DNA from: Candidatus Latescibacterota bacterium
Lineage (GTDB): Bacteria > Latescibacterota > UBA2968 > UBA8231
Assembly (NCBI GenBank): GCA_965248355.1
Contig: OZ252098.1
Coordinates: 770,543 to 834,542, forward strand
Direction of reading: 5' to 3'
DNA length: 64,000 nucleotides
The position numbers and the translations under genes are program-made. Under the pieces are notes generated by a model, which worked only from the letters and a program-made list of their open reading frames with translations, did no database searches and had not been told where the DNA came from. This document shows, in pieces, positions 62,706-64,000 of this stretch (positions are counted from its first letter, which is position 1; the number at the start of each line of letters is the position of its first letter).

Positions 62706-63527
62706 ATGGGCCTCGTCGACTCGCTGCGGGACCAGGTCCTGGGGCAGGGCTACTGCATCCTGGAGGAGGTCATCCCCTCCGACCGCGTCGGCCGGGTGCG
62801 CGACGGCGTGCTGCAGGCGGCGTCCTCCCACAACCGTCCCGACGCGCCCGCCAACCGCGGCGCCGTGTCGGGGCTGATCAACCACACCCAGGGCTTCGCC
62901 CCTTACCTGGCCGACCCGCGGCTGACGGGCCTGACCCAGGCCCTGCTGGGCCGGCCGGTGCGCGTCTCCTTCACCTCCACCATCATCAGCTATCCGGAGG
63001 CCGAGCGCCTCCAGTGGCACGCCGACTGGCCCTTCAACCAGAACAACGCCGGCCACATCCCGGCGCCCTATCTCGACGCCGTCGTTCACCTCACCTCGAT
63101 CTGGATGCTCAGCGACTTCACGATCGCCAACGGCGCCACCCTCATCGTGCCGGGCAGTCACCGCGAGCCCAACAACCCCACCGGCGGCAACGGCGTTCCC
63201 ATGTTTGAGCCGCACCCCGACGAGATCCACGTGGAGGGGAAGGCGGGCACGGTGATGGTCATGGACAGCCGCATGTGGCACGCCACTCCGCGCAACGACA
63301 GCGGCGAGATCCGCGTGGGCCTGGCCATCCGCTGGGCCCCCTGGTGGCTGAACCTCGACGTGCTCATGCCCGCCTCCGACGACCGGGACCGCCTCCTGGA
63401 GGAGACCGGCGGCAAGGAGAACCAGGTGCCCCTGGTGGAGCCGGAGGTCTTCGCGGCCCTGCCGGCGGACGTGCAACCCCTCTTCCGGCACTGGCTCCGC
63501 GGCGGGGCGAACTGGCCCGGGGCCTGA
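62706..63527 (+). CDS. PhyH-family Fe(II)/2-oxoglutarate dioxygenase
   Basis: WHAD ... MWHAT pattern. Confidence 0.75.
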   Translation: MGLVDSLRDQVLGQGYCILEEVIPSDRVGRVRDGVLQAASSHNRPDAPANRGAVSGLINHTQGFAPYLADPRLTGLTQALLGRPVRVSFTSTIISYPEAERLQWHADWPFNQNNAGHIPAPYLDAVVHLTSIWMLSDFTIANGATLIVPGSHREPNNPTGGNGVPMFEPHPDEIHVEGKAGTVMVMDSRMWHATPRNDSGEIRVGLAIRWAPWWLNLDVLMPASDDRDRLLEETGGKENQVPLVEPEVFAALPADVQPLFRHWLRGGANWPGA

Positions 63528-63600
63528 CGGGTTCCCGCTCCCCGGCCCTGACAGGGCGCCCCGCCGGGATAGCGCGCCCCCGTGCGTGGGGCCGTCCGCT

Positions 63601-63999
63601 CTACTCGGTTGCAGACTCGTCCGGGGTGGCTCGTGCCGCTGCGAGGTGGGTCTCGATCTTGCCGACGATCTCGGCGGCCGTGTTCTGCCTGGTCACCGTT
63701 TCCACCAGGTTGTTGTCCCGGGCGTCGATGAGCAGGACCAGGCCGGTCTTGTTGTTGGCCTTCAGGTGCTCCTCCACGCCCAGAGCCGCCGCAAGCAGGC
63801 GGGCCTGGGCCGTCCGGGTCGAGTCGGTGACGTCCAGCTGGACGAAGAGGACGGGCTCGTCGGCGACCCCCGCCCGGACTTCCTCGAGGATGGGCACGAG
63901 GGCCGTGCAGGAGCCGCACCAGTCGGCGTGGACCTTGGCCACGTACAGGGCCGGGTCGCCCTCGCCTTCCACAGGGACCGTGCCGGCGAGGGTGGGGGA
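63601..63999 (-). CDS. thioredoxin-like protein (WCGSC active site), possibly 5'-truncated by window edge
   Basis: WCGSC motif and thioredoxin-fold spacing; the frame stays open to the end of the window. Confidence 0.5.
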   Translation of the reverse strand, partial: SPTLAGTVPVEGEGDPALYVAKVHADWCGSCTALVPILEEVRAGVADEPVLFVQLDVTDSTRTAQARLLAAALGVEEHLKANNKTGLVLLIDARDNNLVETVTRQNTAAEIVGKIETHLAAARATPDESATE

Positions 64000-64000
64000 C

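Noticed and set aside
1-64000. Searched for CRISPR arrays, tRNA or rRNA genes and integrase or recombinase genes.
   Set aside because: No regularly spaced direct repeats, no cloverleaf-sized conserved structures and no recombinase-like ORFs were seen. Intergenic space is minimal apart from the regions already described.

Overview
A 64-kb, gene-dense, high-GC (about 68-71%) bacterial chromosomal segment with roughly 60 protein-coding genes. No rRNA, tRNA or CRISPR array was found. Most genes sit in long co-directional blocks with pervasive stop/start overlaps (ATGA, GTGA), so they are probably operons.

Block 1 (736-14118, minus strand) is a 13-gene putative catabolic operon. It carries a CUT1-type ABC importer whose solute-binding protein is fused in-frame to its MalF-type permease, a MalG-type permease, a Rieske protein, two amidohydrolase-2 enzymes, three PhyH-family Fe/2OG dioxygenases, a 51-codon coupled small ORF, TPP-dependent E1 alpha/beta with an E2 that has only lipoyl and E3-binding domains, an SDR and a D-2-hydroxyacid dehydrogenase.

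Block 2 (25416-29652, plus strand) is a PhyH gene with a C-terminal extension coupled to a DegT sugar aminotransferase, a cysteine hydrolase and a CE4 deacetylase.

Block 3 (46227-63527, plus strand) holds an AGPS-like ether-lipid module (AGPS, SDR, LLM oxidoreductase), an M16 peptidase, a BNR sialidase, a cyclase, a DUF4910/M28-like domain fused to an AAC(3) acetyltransferase, two amidohydrolase-2 genes, a PIG-L deacetylase, a textbook intrinsic terminator, an amidase and two more PhyH genes.

Two lower-GC accessory patches interrupt this backbone. The first (about 15.5-26.6 kb) contains toxin-antitoxin remnants (a DUF4258/DUF2283 fusion, an orphan HicB), two secreted GH-like proteins (one DUF4838), a sulfotransferase, a beta-propeller with a T9SS-type C-terminal sorting domain and a standalone RNase H-like gene. 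It also carries a degraded duplicate of the flanking NHL-repeat gene and a repeated 165-bp junction. The second (about 29.65-32.6 kb) contains a Gp49-like/XRE toxin-antitoxin pair with a clear promoter, a frameshifted SAM methyltransferase truncated by an IS256-family element with identifiable inverted repeats, and short recombination scars copying pieces of two other genes in the window.

A pair of paralogous ~650-aa, ~16-TM membrane proteins of no family I can name bracket a frameshifted oligogalacturonate-lyase-like propeller and a VWA lipoprotein. The long antisense ORFs in the track are high-GC artefacts.
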